A stretch of DNA of 54,389 nt from a virus (Duplodnaviria > Caudoviricetes), in IMG/VR virus record IMGVR_UViG_3300034815_000027, positions 1 through 54,389 of that record; one strand, 5' to 3'. This document shows positions 25,844-34,916 of this stretch, in pieces (position 1 is the first letter of the stretch; every line of letters begins with the position of its first letter). Under the pieces are notes generated by a model that had not been told where the DNA came from, ran no database searches, and saw nothing but the letters and a program-made list of their open reading frames with translations. The position numbers and the translations under genes are program-made.

Positions 25844-26163
25844 CAGGCTGCTCCTATCACGTCGAGGGCAATGTTCACGATGTCGTGGCGTTCGCCCGTG
25901 GCGAGCACGGAGGCGATGGTCTCGATAGCGACCGCTGAGACGCGGTCGTCCCACTCGCTGATGGCGTGCGCAATCTCCGCCTCATCGACGTCGAGTTCGC
26001 CGATCGGATCGACCAGGCCGTAGTCGGGGATGGCGGCGCGCTGTCCGCGCGGCGTGGACAGCAGCAGCGCGATGGACTGCGCGACGTCAGCCGCGGAGTC
26101 CTGCACCAGCGTCGCTAAGGCACCGCTTGGAGCGAGGTCGAGGGGCAGTCGGAGCGTGTGCAT
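25843..26163 (-). CDS. Baseplate gp25/gpW-like protein
   Basis: QSI..LL.T..GQR...PDYG, I..WD.RV. Confidence 0.82.
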   Translation of the reverse strand: MHTLRLPLDLAPSGALATLVQDSAADVAQSIALLLSTPRGQRAAIPDYGLVDPIGELDVDEAEIAHAISEWDDRVSAVAIETIASVLATGERHDIVNIALDVIGAA

Positions 26164-26390
26164 TACTCGTCCTTCCCTGCGATCCATGGCCCGCCATCGG
26201 TGAAGATGAGGAGCACGATGTCGCCGACCGCGAGTCCGGTCTTCTTGCCCAGGCATGGGCCGATGGGGTGCTGTCGGTCGCCGCCGAGCGGGGCAACAAA
26301 GACATCGCGAGGCGTCACGCTGACCACCTGCGCGGTGGCCGGCGGGTAGTCGGTGCGGCTGCGCTGCCGTGCGAGCAGGTCATCGAACAT
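26163..26390 (-). CDS. Small baseplate spike-like (OB-fold) protein
   Basis: VGD.VL..F..G.PW, position in the baseplate cluster. Confidence 0.55.
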   Translation of the reverse strand: MFDDLLARQRSRTDYPPATAQVVSVTPRDVFVAPLGGDRQHPIGPCLGKKTGLAVGDIVLLIFTDGGPWIAGKDE

Positions 26391-26396
26391 GGCGAC

Positions 26397-27179
26397 TCAC
26401 AGTCCGGTTGTCGGGCGCTGCAGCCGCACCGTCGACTGCGATCGATCGAGCAGTCCACGCGACCACGACGCGACGAGCCAGTCGCCGTCGGCAGGACCGT
26501 GGCCGGCGAGGGTGAGGACGCGGCCGATGTCGGCGCTCCACTGTGCGGTGCGCACCGTGAGGTTGGCTTCGTCAATGGCGCGACCGGTGTCGATGGTGCA
26601 GCCGATGTCGATGACGGCGCCCACGTGCTCGAACACCGCGAGCGGTGTGCCGCGCTGCAGGAGCCAGGCATCTGAGCCCATCAGCACGGTGTTGCCGTCG
26701 GAGAACAGGCGCCAGCCTTCGCGGGCGGCGATGTCGGTGAGCATCTGCCAGGAGGAGGTCGTGGCCCCGAGGCTGCGGCCAAGCACGCGGTGCGGCTTGG
26801 TCGACGCCTGCGGGTCGAGCGTGAGTTGCACGCGGCCGTCGCTGGCGAGTCGTGCTGCGTACTGTGCGAGTGTCTGCGATCCGCCGCGCACGCTGAGTCT
26901 GCCGGCGGGCTGACGGAGTGCTGCGATGAGCGTGTCCTCGAAGGTGAGTGTCAGTCGCGTGCCTTGCTTCTCCACGCGTGCGAGCGTGAATCCGAGGCCA
27001 TCGACGATCGCCGTGAGAGTCGGCTTCACTCGCAGTAGCAGCGCACCCGCATCGTCGCGGAGCGCGACCTCGAGGATGCTCGCATGCTCGATGCTGCGCG
27101 TGAGAATCGGATCGCCGAGCACGTGTGGGAGCAGTGTGCCGTCGCTGAATTCGAGTCGATCGGCGAGGTCACTGGCCAT
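26397..27179 (-). CDS. Baseplate hub-like protein
   Basis: SW..L..IA..EGW..F and G..DG.WLV, position after tube initiator. Confidence 0.6.
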   Translation of the reverse strand: MASDLADRLEFSDGTLLPHVLGDPILTRSIEHASILEVALRDDAGALLLRVKPTLTAIVDGLGFTLARVEKQGTRLTLTFEDTLIAALRQPAGRLSVRGGSQTLAQYAARLASDGRVQLTLDPQASTKPHRVLGRSLGATTSSWQMLTDIAAREGWRLFSDGNTVLMGSDAWLLQRGTPLAVFEHVGAVIDIGCTIDTGRAIDEANLTVRTAQWSADIGRVLTLAGHGPADGDWLVASWSRGLLDRSQSTVRLQRPTTGL

Positions 27180-27711
27180 GCATCGCGCTCGCAGTTCGCA
27201 CCGGGGCTTTCGCCTTGGCGAGGAGCTTGTCCTTCACGTTCTTCGCGGGCTTGCCCTTGGCGGTGGCCGCGACGTACTCGGTAAGTTCGAGGACGAAGTC
27301 CTGCTGCACGATGACGCCACGCTGATCGCGGCGCATCTCACCTGGCGTGAGGTTCGTGAGGACCCACTTGATGGTCGCCGAGGTCTGCACGTTGCCGGTG
27401 AGTCCGAGGATCGGCGGGTCGGTGATCTTGCCGTCGCTGCTGCCTGGTTGTCCCATGGCGAGCAGGATCTTGATTTCGGCCTCGACAGAGCGTTGTCCGC
27501 GCGGCGTGACGCCGTCGAGTCGGATCGGCAGTGTGTAGACGAGGGCCGGCAGCCCGGTCCAGGCGGTGGACTGCTTGTCACGCTTGACGTCGTTGACGCT
27601 CCAGCCACCGACACCACCGGCGAAGGTGTCGACGTCGACGAGTTTGCAGACGATGGACGCCTTGCGCGGCGAGGTCTGCGTGATCTTTACGGTCTTCGGA
27701 CGGGCGCTCAT
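27169..27711 (-). CDS. Tail tube initiator-like protein
   Basis: WV..L...L.L.EY, immediately after the tape measure gene. Confidence 0.55.
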   Translation of the reverse strand: MSARPKTVKITQTSPRKASIVCKLVDVDTFAGGVGGWSVNDVKRDKQSTAWTGLPALVYTLPIRLDGVTPRGQRSVEAEIKILLAMGQPGSSDGKITDPPILGLTGNVQTSATIKWVLTNLTPGEMRRDQRGVIVQQDFVLELTEYVAATAKGKPAKNVKDKLLAKAKAPVRTASAMHGQ

Positions 27712-29645
27712 GCGCGGGCCAACCGTGCGCCGGTCGCGGTCATGATCCACTCCATGAGCACCTGCCCCGTGGGGGTGACGAGTTGGATGGCCTGCCCGCG
27801 TGACGGCGCGGACTGCAGGTTCGGCAGCGACGCAGCGATGCTGTCACTCGGCGTGGTCTGCATGCGCGCGGCAGCGAAGCCCATGAGGTTGCCCAGCTGG
27901 GCGTCGGTGAAGACGTTCTCGGGCTTGCCTGCTTCGGCCACGCGCACGAGCCGGCCCGAGGTTTCGACGCGGCCACCGGTGGCGAGGGTGGGGATGTGCG
28001 GGATGGCGGGAATCGCGGGAATGCCAGCCCATGACCACAGTTTCGGGGCACCGCCGGTGATCATGTTGATGCCGTCGATGAACCCGTTGACCATTCGGAT
28101 CATCATGTTGAGCGGCGACTTCAATTTGGCGACGACACCGCGCACCACGCTGACGATCTTCCCGAAGTTCTTCGCGATGCGGATAACAACTCCACCGATT
28201 GCCTTCGAGATGACTGCGACGGCCATGCCAATCGGACCGGTGAGGATCACCAGGAGCTTGACCCAGTTGTGCTTGATCCAGTCGATCGCGCCTCGAACGT
28301 CGCCGACGATCTTCGTGAAGGCGGAGTTGACGCCGTTGCGGAACCAATCGACCTTCGTGTACGCGAGAATGAAGGCCGCGACGAGGGCGGTGACCCCGAC
28401 CACGATGAGACCGAACGGGTTTGCGTTCAGTGCAGCGTTGAGCGCCCATTGCGTGATCGTGAGCTTCTTCGTCACCACTTGCGCTCGTGCTTCGGCGAAC
28501 GTAAGACCCTCCCGCGCTACCGTCGCTCGCAGCTGCTCGAGTTCGTACAACTTCGCCTGCATCCGATATGCGCCGGTGAGCGCCGTCGACACTTTGATGA
28601 TCCCGTTGTACGCCCCGATCACGGTCTTGGCGACGGTGACTCCGGTCGACACAAGTTTGATGGCCGCCCATAGCGAGAGTGCTGCCTGGGCGGCGAACTG
28701 GGCTTGCTTACCGTGGGCTCTCATCCAGGAACTGCCACGCCGGATCTGCACGCCCGCATTGGCCAGCACGTGGTGCAGTTTGAGCATGGAGCCGCGCCAG
28801 TTATCCCAGTCGTCAATGACGCGCTGCACTGCTGGAACGAGCCTGTCGAGCAAATACGAACCGAGCCGCGCGAGCTTCGGCAGCAGCTTGTAGCCGAGCG
28901 TCTCCTTCATCTCATCCCACTGGATGGACAGGCGAGCGAACCGGCCGGCCGCAGATTCGGCGGCAGCTGAGGCCTGCCCCTTGAAGGTGATCGCCATCTC
29001 TTTCACCACCCGTGTGAACGACAGTGCCTTGCCGTGCACATCCTTGATGCGAATGCCGAGCCGCGACAGTGCGCCCATGTTGCCCGCTTGCGCCTTGGCC
29101 AGCGCCGTCGCGACCGCCTCCAGGCTCTTGCCGGAACCGGCCGAGACATCCATCGCCAGGGACGTCATCCGCTGCGCAGCGCCAATGTCGTGGGTCGATT
29201 GTGCCAGGCGCTGCAGCGCCGGGCGCAGCTTGTCGTCGACGAAGCCGAAGGCGAGGGCCTGCTTGCTGATCCACTCCTCGACGCCGGCGGTCTGCGCCTT
29301 CGTCGCATGCGTGGTGTTGCGCAACGCGATGGCGAGTCGGCGCGAGGAGTCCTCGTCCTCCAGCGCATTGGTCGCGGCGTCCTTGAGCCAGCCGGTGGCG
29401 ACCTTCACGACCTTGAGTGCGGCGATGGCACCGACCACCGTCTTGAGTCCGAGCGCCCACTTGCGAGTGCGCTTGTCGATGCTCTCGATGCTCGAGCTCA
29501 TCTTCATGAACGGCGTCTTCGTCTTGCCTGCCGCCAGGCCGGTGCGGCCGATGCCGGCCTCGATGTCGCGGGCCTTCTTGGCCGCGGTCTTCGAGCCCGA
29601 GGTCTTCCACGCGAGGACGACGGTGCCGGTCGTTTGCTGCGCCAT
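27708..29645 (-). CDS. Tape measure protein
   Basis: Ala-rich helical 645 aa, QWALNAALNANP.G, follows the chaperone pair. Confidence 0.9.
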   Translation of the reverse strand: MAQQTTGTVVLAWKTSGSKTAAKKARDIEAGIGRTGLAAGKTKTPFMKMSSSIESIDKRTRKWALGLKTVVGAIAALKVVKVATGWLKDAATNALEDEDSSRRLAIALRNTTHATKAQTAGVEEWISKQALAFGFVDDKLRPALQRLAQSTHDIGAAQRMTSLAMDVSAGSGKSLEAVATALAKAQAGNMGALSRLGIRIKDVHGKALSFTRVVKEMAITFKGQASAAAESAAGRFARLSIQWDEMKETLGYKLLPKLARLGSYLLDRLVPAVQRVIDDWDNWRGSMLKLHHVLANAGVQIRRGSSWMRAHGKQAQFAAQAALSLWAAIKLVSTGVTVAKTVIGAYNGIIKVSTALTGAYRMQAKLYELEQLRATVAREGLTFAEARAQVVTKKLTITQWALNAALNANPFGLIVVGVTALVAAFILAYTKVDWFRNGVNSAFTKIVGDVRGAIDWIKHNWVKLLVILTGPIGMAVAVISKAIGGVVIRIAKNFGKIVSVVRGVVAKLKSPLNMMIRMVNGFIDGINMITGGAPKLWSWAGIPAIPAIPHIPTLATGGRVETSGRLVRVAEAGKPENVFTDAQLGNLMGFAAARMQTTPSDSIAASLPNLQSAPSRGQAIQLVTPTGQVLMEWIMTATGARLARA

Positions 29646-29655
29646 CGTCGTCCTC

Positions 29656-29907
29656 CTATCCGTGGAGTTTCGGCAGGTTCTTCGCCAGCCAACGCGTCAT
29701 GTGTTCGACGGTGAGTGACGAGGTCTTCGATGCCAGGTAGTCGAGTTCGCCCTGCCGCTGTTCGGCGTCGATGTGGGCGCGCTCGGTGAGGACCGCGCTC
29801 ATGATGCGCTGGTCATCTTCGGCCAGCGCCAAGAAGGTCAGCGGGTCGATACCGAAGTGGGAGGCCACCGCTGCCGATGTGATGGCAGGGTGGCCTAGGA
29901 GTTTCCC
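29656..29907 (-). CDS. Tail assembly chaperone, frameshift extension (gpT-like)
   Basis: The -1 frame entered at GGGAAAC reads KLLGHPAITS.... Confidence 0.75.
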   Translation of the reverse strand, partial: GKLLGHPAITSAAVASHFGIDPLTFLALAEDDQRIMSAVLTERAHIDAEQRQGELDYLASKTSSLTVEHMTRWLAKNLPKLHG

Positions 29908-30413
29908 TCGTAGTCGGCGGCGACCGTTTCTGCGGTGTAGCCCGACCATTCGGCCAGTGCCGCCGCGGTGGCGGCAATGTCACCGTCAGTGGCGTACAGC
30001 GCACGCACGACGGCGACGGCAGTGCCGCCGGCTTCGGGGGCGCCGATGAGTTCGGCGAGTTCGTGTCCGAACACCGGCCAGTCGCTGGGGTCGCCCAGCG
30101 GTTTGCCGAGATCGTCGAGTTGGAACACGCCGACTGCGCAGTGTGCGAGGACCTGGGCGTTGGCGATGACGCCGGCGTCGGCGTCCTTGGACTTCTCGGC
30201 CGCGTTCATGATCTTCGTTACCAGTCCCTGCGGGGCGGGCTTGAAGCGCACGAGAACGCCGCTGTAGCGCGGCACCGGGATGTCGATGAAGAGGGTGGCC
30301 TTGATCTTGTCGCGTTGGGCGCGAAGCCCGGCGAGCGCCGAAGACGGGGCTGCCGGGACTTCGCCCAACGTGGTGTCGTGCAGGTCGCCGCTGTGTTCGT
30401 TCATCGCGTTCAC
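29895..30413 (-). CDS. Tail assembly chaperone (gpG-like)
   Basis: Between tube and tape measure. Ends GAG GGA AAC TCC TAG. Confidence 0.8.
   Translation of the reverse strand: MNAMNEHSGDLHDTTLGEVPAAPSSALAGLRAQRDKIKATLFIDIPVPRYSGVLVRFKPAPQGLVTKIMNAAEKSKDADAGVIANAQVLAHCAVGVFQLDDLGKPLGDPSDWPVFGHELAELIGAPEAGGTAVAVVRALYATDGDIAATAAALAEWSGYTAETVAADYEGNS
29901..29907 (-). other. -1 programmed frameshift slippery site G GGA AAC
   Basis: X XXY YYZ heptamer in the correct frame, two codons before the stop. Confidence 0.85.
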
Positions 30414-30817
30414 GCCTTCTTCGCGACGGCGATGACGACGGTGGCGATCTTACGGTCGTCACTCGCGGAGTCGGTGTCGTCGAAGGTGGCGGACTTGATG
30501 ATGCCGGTCCACGTCTCGGGCTTGGCGATCGGCGCACCGGATGCGTCGGTGGGGGTGTCGGTGACGACCGCCACGGCGGCAGTGCCGATGTAGCCCTCCA
30601 TCGCCTCACGCAGTCCCGTGGTGGGGTCGTACGCCTTGGTGACGGTGACGTCGGCGACCGTGGGACGACCGGGGTCGACCTGTTCGCCGCCGCCGCCGGG
30701 ACGGTAACGGGATTCGCTGGACGAGATGTCGCCGCCGCTGCGGGTGTCCCACACGCCATACGACGTGCCGTTCACGCTCAGGGAGACGAGGCCGTTGCTC
30801 TTGGTGACTCGCGCCAT
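30410..30817 (-). CDS. Tail tube protein
   Basis: 135 aa, directly after the sheath. W.T.SGG...YRPGG. Confidence 0.7.
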   Translation of the reverse strand: MARVTKSNGLVSLSVNGTSYGVWDTRSGGDISSSESRYRPGGGGEQVDPGRPTVADVTVTKAYDPTTGLREAMEGYIGTAAVAVVTDTPTDASGAPIAKPETWTGIIKSATFDDTDSASDDRKIATVVIAVAKKA

Positions 30818-30832
30818 GGTCTACTCCTTGTC

Positions 30833-31969
30833 TCAGATGCTGCGCACGACAGCGTTGATGGTGATCTGTTCGACCGAGCTGGCCGGGGTGAAGGCGACCG
30901 CACCGTGCAGTTCGCCTGCGGCGATGGTCGCGGTCGTGTTGTTCGTGAAGTCCACGACCACGCTGTAGGCGTCGGCTGGCTTCGCGCCGTAGAGCACGTT
31001 CGCCGCGTAGAGGCCGAGCAGGTAGCCGCCGAGATCACCTGCGACCTGGGCGAAGAGTCGGCCCTGGCCGTCGATGTTCTGCCCCGAGTAGGCGGCCATG
31101 ATGGCCGCGACCTTGGCGCCGACTTCGGCTGCGAGGCGTCCGTGCTGCAGCTGATGCCACAGCGCCTCGGTCGACAGTGCGATCCAGCCCTGCAGCCAGA
31201 TGATCTTGCCGTCGGCGCTGACGCGGATGGGGTTGACGCCCGCGCCATAGAGGGTGTCTGCATCGGCCTTGGTGACCTTGCCTGACGGGGTGGAGAGACC
31301 CACCGCGCCAGTCAGCACGGACACCGGGCGTGCGCCGGTGGCAGAGCTCGGGTTGAAGCCAGCGGAGCCATGTTCGGCGTCGGAGCGTGCAGCGAGTCCG
31401 GCGGCGATGACCGAGGCAGGCACTTCGCGGGTGCCCGATCCGGTGAGCGCCGGGAACAGCAGGCGCGGACCGACCATGGCTGCCCGGGTCGAACCGGCCG
31501 CGGAGGCAAGTCCGGCAGCGGTGGTGGCGGAATCGGCCGCCGTGAACGACGCGGAAGTCGGCACGTCGAGCAGAACCACCCGCGTGGGGTGGGCGTTGGC
31601 GTGCGCCAACAGTGCCGTGTATGCGAACGCGGTGGCGATGCCGGCGACGACGACCTGGCCAGGGCCGAGATCATCGGTGAACAAGTCGAGAGCCGCCGTG
31701 CACTCGGCGACGGTCGGAGCAGCCGGGCTGGCCGCCGCGACCTTCACCACGAAGGCAGCGGCGCCACCGTTGGCGAAGAAGTCCCCCAGCCAGGCGGCGG
31801 TATCGGTCGGGACCGAGGCGGCCAGCGCCTGCGCCATGGAGGTGACGCGGGTGGGTGTGGTGGGGCCGGTGGCTCCGGTGTAGGCGAAGAAGAGGACGCC
31901 GGTATCGGTGGGCGTCCCCGCAGTGGGGATCGCTCCCGAGACGTTGACGGTGATGCTGGGAGACGCCAT
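30833..31969 (-). CDS. Contractile tail sheath protein
   Basis: FF.NGG, VP.S..AAG..AR.D, L...GVNPI, E.I.I motifs. Confidence 0.88.
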   Translation of the reverse strand: MASPSITVNVSGAIPTAGTPTDTGVLFFAYTGATGPTTPTRVTSMAQALAASVPTDTAAWLGDFFANGGAAAFVVKVAAASPAAPTVAECTAALDLFTDDLGPGQVVVAGIATAFAYTALLAHANAHPTRVVLLDVPTSASFTAADSATTAAGLASAAGSTRAAMVGPRLLFPALTGSGTREVPASVIAAGLAARSDAEHGSAGFNPSSATGARPVSVLTGAVGLSTPSGKVTKADADTLYGAGVNPIRVSADGKIIWLQGWIALSTEALWHQLQHGRLAAEVGAKVAAIMAAYSGQNIDGQGRLFAQVAGDLGGYLLGLYAANVLYGAKPADAYSVVVDFTNNTTATIAAGELHGAVAFTPASSVEQITINAVVRSI

Positions 31970-31993
31970 GACGGCTTCCTTTCTCAGTGGGAC

Positions 31994-32545
31994 TTACTGG
32001 TCGACCGTCGAATGAGTGGAGGTGACGGTAGGCATGGGCTGCAGCAGGCGGCGGAACTCGTCGAGGTCGATCGCGTCCAGGATGCGGATCTCCAACACGA
32101 TGGCGGCAGAGGCGATGGTGCGGGCTTGACTGACGTCGGCGAGGTCGTCGTAGTGCGCGGAGATGGGACGCACCGACGACGCGATGCCGCCGAGGCCCCG
32201 GTCAAGGGTGGCGGCGATGGTGATGGCGGTGGCCCAGCGGCGGATGCGCTGTGCGGTGTCGGCGTGGTCCTTGCCGCGATCGCGGATACCAACGGCGACT
32301 TGCCAGGTGCCATCGAACTGTTCACCGGATCGCGTGGTGTCGAAGTCTGCGCGGCTGGTGCCGATCATGACGGCCGGCAAGTTGGCGGCGGCTACCGCGT
32401 TGAGGTCGGGCACCTGCTGGAAGGTGCGCACATCGCCCAACTGCCCGAGCCACCCGAGCGCCTCGAGCACGTCGCGCAGATGGTCGCGCAGCACCTGCTC
32501 AACGGCGGTGCAGATGACGTCCGCATCGATGATGGGAGCGGGCAT
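31994..32545 (-). CDS. Tail terminator-like protein
   Basis: LPAV.I motif, position before the sheath. Confidence 0.55.
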   Translation of the reverse strand: MPAPIIDADVICTAVEQVLRDHLRDVLEALGWLGQLGDVRTFQQVPDLNAVAAANLPAVMIGTSRADFDTTRSGEQFDGTWQVAVGIRDRGKDHADTAQRIRRWATAITIAATLDRGLGGIASSVRPISAHYDDLADVSQARTIASAAIVLEIRILDAIDLDEFRRLLQPMPTVTSTHSTVDQ

Positions 32546-33009
32546 TAGGACTCCCTCACGGCAACTGGCGTGACGGCAACATTGAGCATCTGCGCGATGA
32601 GTTCCTCGATCACTGGCAGCAAACGTGCCTGTGGGGGGATGCCCATGATGTTGCGGCGCGGCTGATGCTTGGTGCCGATCTGATGCCAGAAGCCGTAGCC
32701 GGGGGCGACGACCTTCACCATGGTCGCGGTGCGCCGCGGCGTGCCGAGCAGCGCGTCGACAAGGGCGCCGGTCTCCACCATGGTCTTGCTCGAATGCTTG
32801 AGATCCATCGTCGCTTGCAGGTCACGCGGCCACGGCGAATAGCCGGCGCGGCCCTGGCTGCCGATGAGGTCGCGCTCCCATCGCCGCGCGGCCTTGGCCA
32901 GGATGTCGAGTTGCGCACTGACGTTGAGCGCGTTGCGCTCCAGGCCTTGCAGCAAATTGACGGCGCTCTTGCTGTCGATGGTGAGCTCGGCACGCGTCGT
33001 GATACCCAT
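32545..33009 (-). CDS. Neck/virion morphogenesis protein (Mu gpG-like)
   Basis: TG.L, Y...HQ.GT...P.R. Confidence 0.7.
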   Translation of the reverse strand: MGITTRAELTIDSKSAVNLLQGLERNALNVSAQLDILAKAARRWERDLIGSQGRAGYSPWPRDLQATMDLKHSSKTMVETGALVDALLGTPRRTATMVKVVAPGYGFWHQIGTKHQPRRNIMGIPPQARLLPVIEELIAQMLNVAVTPVAVRES

Positions 33010-33011
33010 GG

Positions 33012-33281
33012 TCAGCCTTGCAGGATGGCGGCGAGGATCTCGGCCTTGGTGCCGTCAGGCACGGTGATGCCGCGGGCAGCGGCGTAGTCGAGCAGGTCAG
33101 CCTTGCGCCAGTCGATGCTCGGCTGCGGCTCGGGGTCGAAGGCAAGGACCGCGCCGTGCGCAAGCAGCCGAGCAACGTCGGCGCTGTCGGCGTCGACGGG
33201 CAGTGCGCTGCCGGGATCAACGAGGTCGATGCCGTGCGGCGTGCGCACATGCACCGGGACGGTAGCGAGCCACATGGCCAC
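33012..33281 (-). CDS. Small virion-associated protein with helix-extension-helix motif
   Basis: KADL..YA..RGI......TKAEI. Confidence 0.6.
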   Translation of the reverse strand: MAMWLATVPVHVRTPHGIDLVDPGSALPVDADSADVARLLAHGAVLAFDPEPQPSIDWRKADLLDYAAARGITVPDGTKAEILAAILQG

Positions 33282-33284
33282 TCC

Positions 33285-33701
33285 TCAGTCGATCGGGTCT
33301 GGGTAGGTGCGCGCGGCTGGGAATGACGCCATCGGCAGTCCGACGGCGATGGCGCCCAGGTCCGTGCCGGAGGCGGCGCCCTTGAGTGTGGCGAGCATCT
33401 GCTCGAAGCGCTGGTGCAGGAACCAGCCACGGCCGATGTTGCCTGCGGTCTGCTGCTCGGGGAAGCAGGCGTACTCAAACTGCGAGGCGATCTCGTAGGC
33501 GGCGGCCTGGACGGCGAGATCGCGCACCGGGCCGGGCGCAGGATCCACACCAACGATGATGGTGATCTGCGCCGCGACCGCGGTGCGTAGCGACGTGAAC
33601 AGGGTCACGCCTGCTGCATCGGCGCGATCGACAAGGTCGGGTTCGCGTTCGGCCAAGTGAACGCGCACCGCCTCCTTGCCGATCGCGTCGATGAGCGTCA
33701 T
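33285..33701 (-). CDS. Head-tail adaptor-like protein
   Basis: Position after the capsid gene, helical, GGAG RBS. Confidence 0.55.
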   Translation of the reverse strand: MTLIDAIGKEAVRVHLAEREPDLVDRADAAGVTLFTSLRTAVAAQITIIVGVDPAPGPVRDLAVQAAAYEIASQFEYACFPEQQTAGNIGRGWFLHQRFEQMLATLKGAASGTDLGAIAVGLPMASFPAARTYPDPID

Positions 33702-33704
33702 CGT

Positions 33705-33956
33705 CTACTCCTGCGCCTGCTCGAGTACGGCGATGATGTCGGCCTTCTTCGTCGCCTCACCAAGGTCGACGCCATGCTCGTCGGCGTACGCCTTGAGATC
33801 GACAACCTTCATGTCCGCGAAGTCCGTGCCGTCGCCGGTCCCATCGGTGGCGGCAGTGACGGGCTCGACGGTCTGTTCCCCGGTCTCGATGTTGCGAGTG
33901 ACGGTGAACTCACCGGCGTGGGTGCGCATCGTGTACGTCTCAACGCGATCAGTCAT
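33705..33956 (-). CDS. Small Rho-N/HeH-like protein
   Basis: M.V.DLK.YA...GV.L..ATKKADII. Confidence 0.65.
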   Translation of the reverse strand: MTDRVETYTMRTHAGEFTVTRNIETGEQTVEPVTAATDGTGDGTDFADMKVVDLKAYADEHGVDLGEATKKADIIAVLEQAQE

Positions 33957-33961
33957 GATCG

Positions 33962-34915
33962 TCAGCCGTTCAGGACGCCGGGGAGGCGAGCCGCGGACTT
34001 GCCGTTGAAGATGGCGATGCCCGTGTAGAACTCGATGCGGGTGCGGAACGCGGGCTTCGTCTGCAGTTGGCCGAGGTCCTCCACCTGCACACCGCCGTTG
34101 GTGAGCCCGAGCACGCCCGAGTCGCCGAAGGTGGATCCGTACTTGACGGCGTAGATCGACGAGGCGACGTTCGACGCGCCCTGCGTCTCCGTGGCCGGAA
34201 GCACTGCCGTGCCGGCCAAATCGGTTCCTGCGTCGAGGATCGGCACACCCTGCCACATGACAGCACGCTTGCCTGAGATGTCCTGCAGGAGCGCGGTCTC
34301 CAGGCCGGCATTGCGCATCGCAGAGCGGATCTTCCCGAGGATCGCGGCCGAGCAGTAGATCGCGCCGTTGCTGCCATTGATGCCAGGCACCGAGGCGAGC
34401 AGGTCATCGAGCTTGTCGAAGAACGCCGAACGCGTCGCCGCGTCGGTGTTGATCGCCGCGCCGTTGGCAGCGTTGGCGAGCACCTGCGCTCCGGTGAGAC
34501 GAGTCTTCAGGCCGTCGAAGCTGTCGGCGTTGACACCGACGTTGCCGTTGAAGAAGGCGTCCGAGTAGGCGAAGGACAGTGCCTTCACCTTGAGCGCGGT
34601 CTGCGAAGCCCGCTGGTCATTCACGTTCGACAGCGTCTTGGCGATGAACCGGTCGACGTCGGCGTCGCCGCCGAGGATCTTCAGCGACTCGGACTTCGGG
34701 TTCACCGTGCCGGTGGACTCGGTGTAGGCGCCGTTGACGGCACGGAACGCGATGCCGGGGAGCGCGAGCTCCTCGTTGTACGCGTACGCGTTGCCTTCGA
34801 TCGGCTCGAAGTTGATCCGGTCGAGGATCGGGTTCTCCTGGATGAACGTCTCGATGACGCCCCGCTGCAGGACGGTGGTGGACTGCTTCGCAGCCTCGGC
34901 CAGAGTGACGGCCAT
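33962..34915 (-). CDS. Major capsid protein
   Basis: TL.EAAK, GVIE, LP...FR.VN, ILGG..DVD, FDGL. Follows the protease. Confidence 0.9.
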   Translation of the reverse strand: MAVTLAEAAKQSTTVLQRGVIETFIQENPILDRINFEPIEGNAYAYNEELALPGIAFRAVNGAYTESTGTVNPKSESLKILGGDADVDRFIAKTLSNVNDQRASQTALKVKALSFAYSDAFFNGNVGVNADSFDGLKTRLTGAQVLANAANGAAINTDAATRSAFFDKLDDLLASVPGINGSNGAIYCSAAILGKIRSAMRNAGLETALLQDISGKRAVMWQGVPILDAGTDLAGTAVLPATETQGASNVASSIYAVKYGSTFGDSGVLGLTNGGVQVEDLGQLQTKPAFRTRIEFYTGIAIFNGKSAARLPGVLNG

Positions 34916-34916
34916 G

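Noticed and set aside
26926-28893. 655-aa plus-strand ORF and similar long antisense ORFs (for example 41752-43929)
   Set aside because: Shadow frames of GC-rich genes on the opposite strand, with no motifs.
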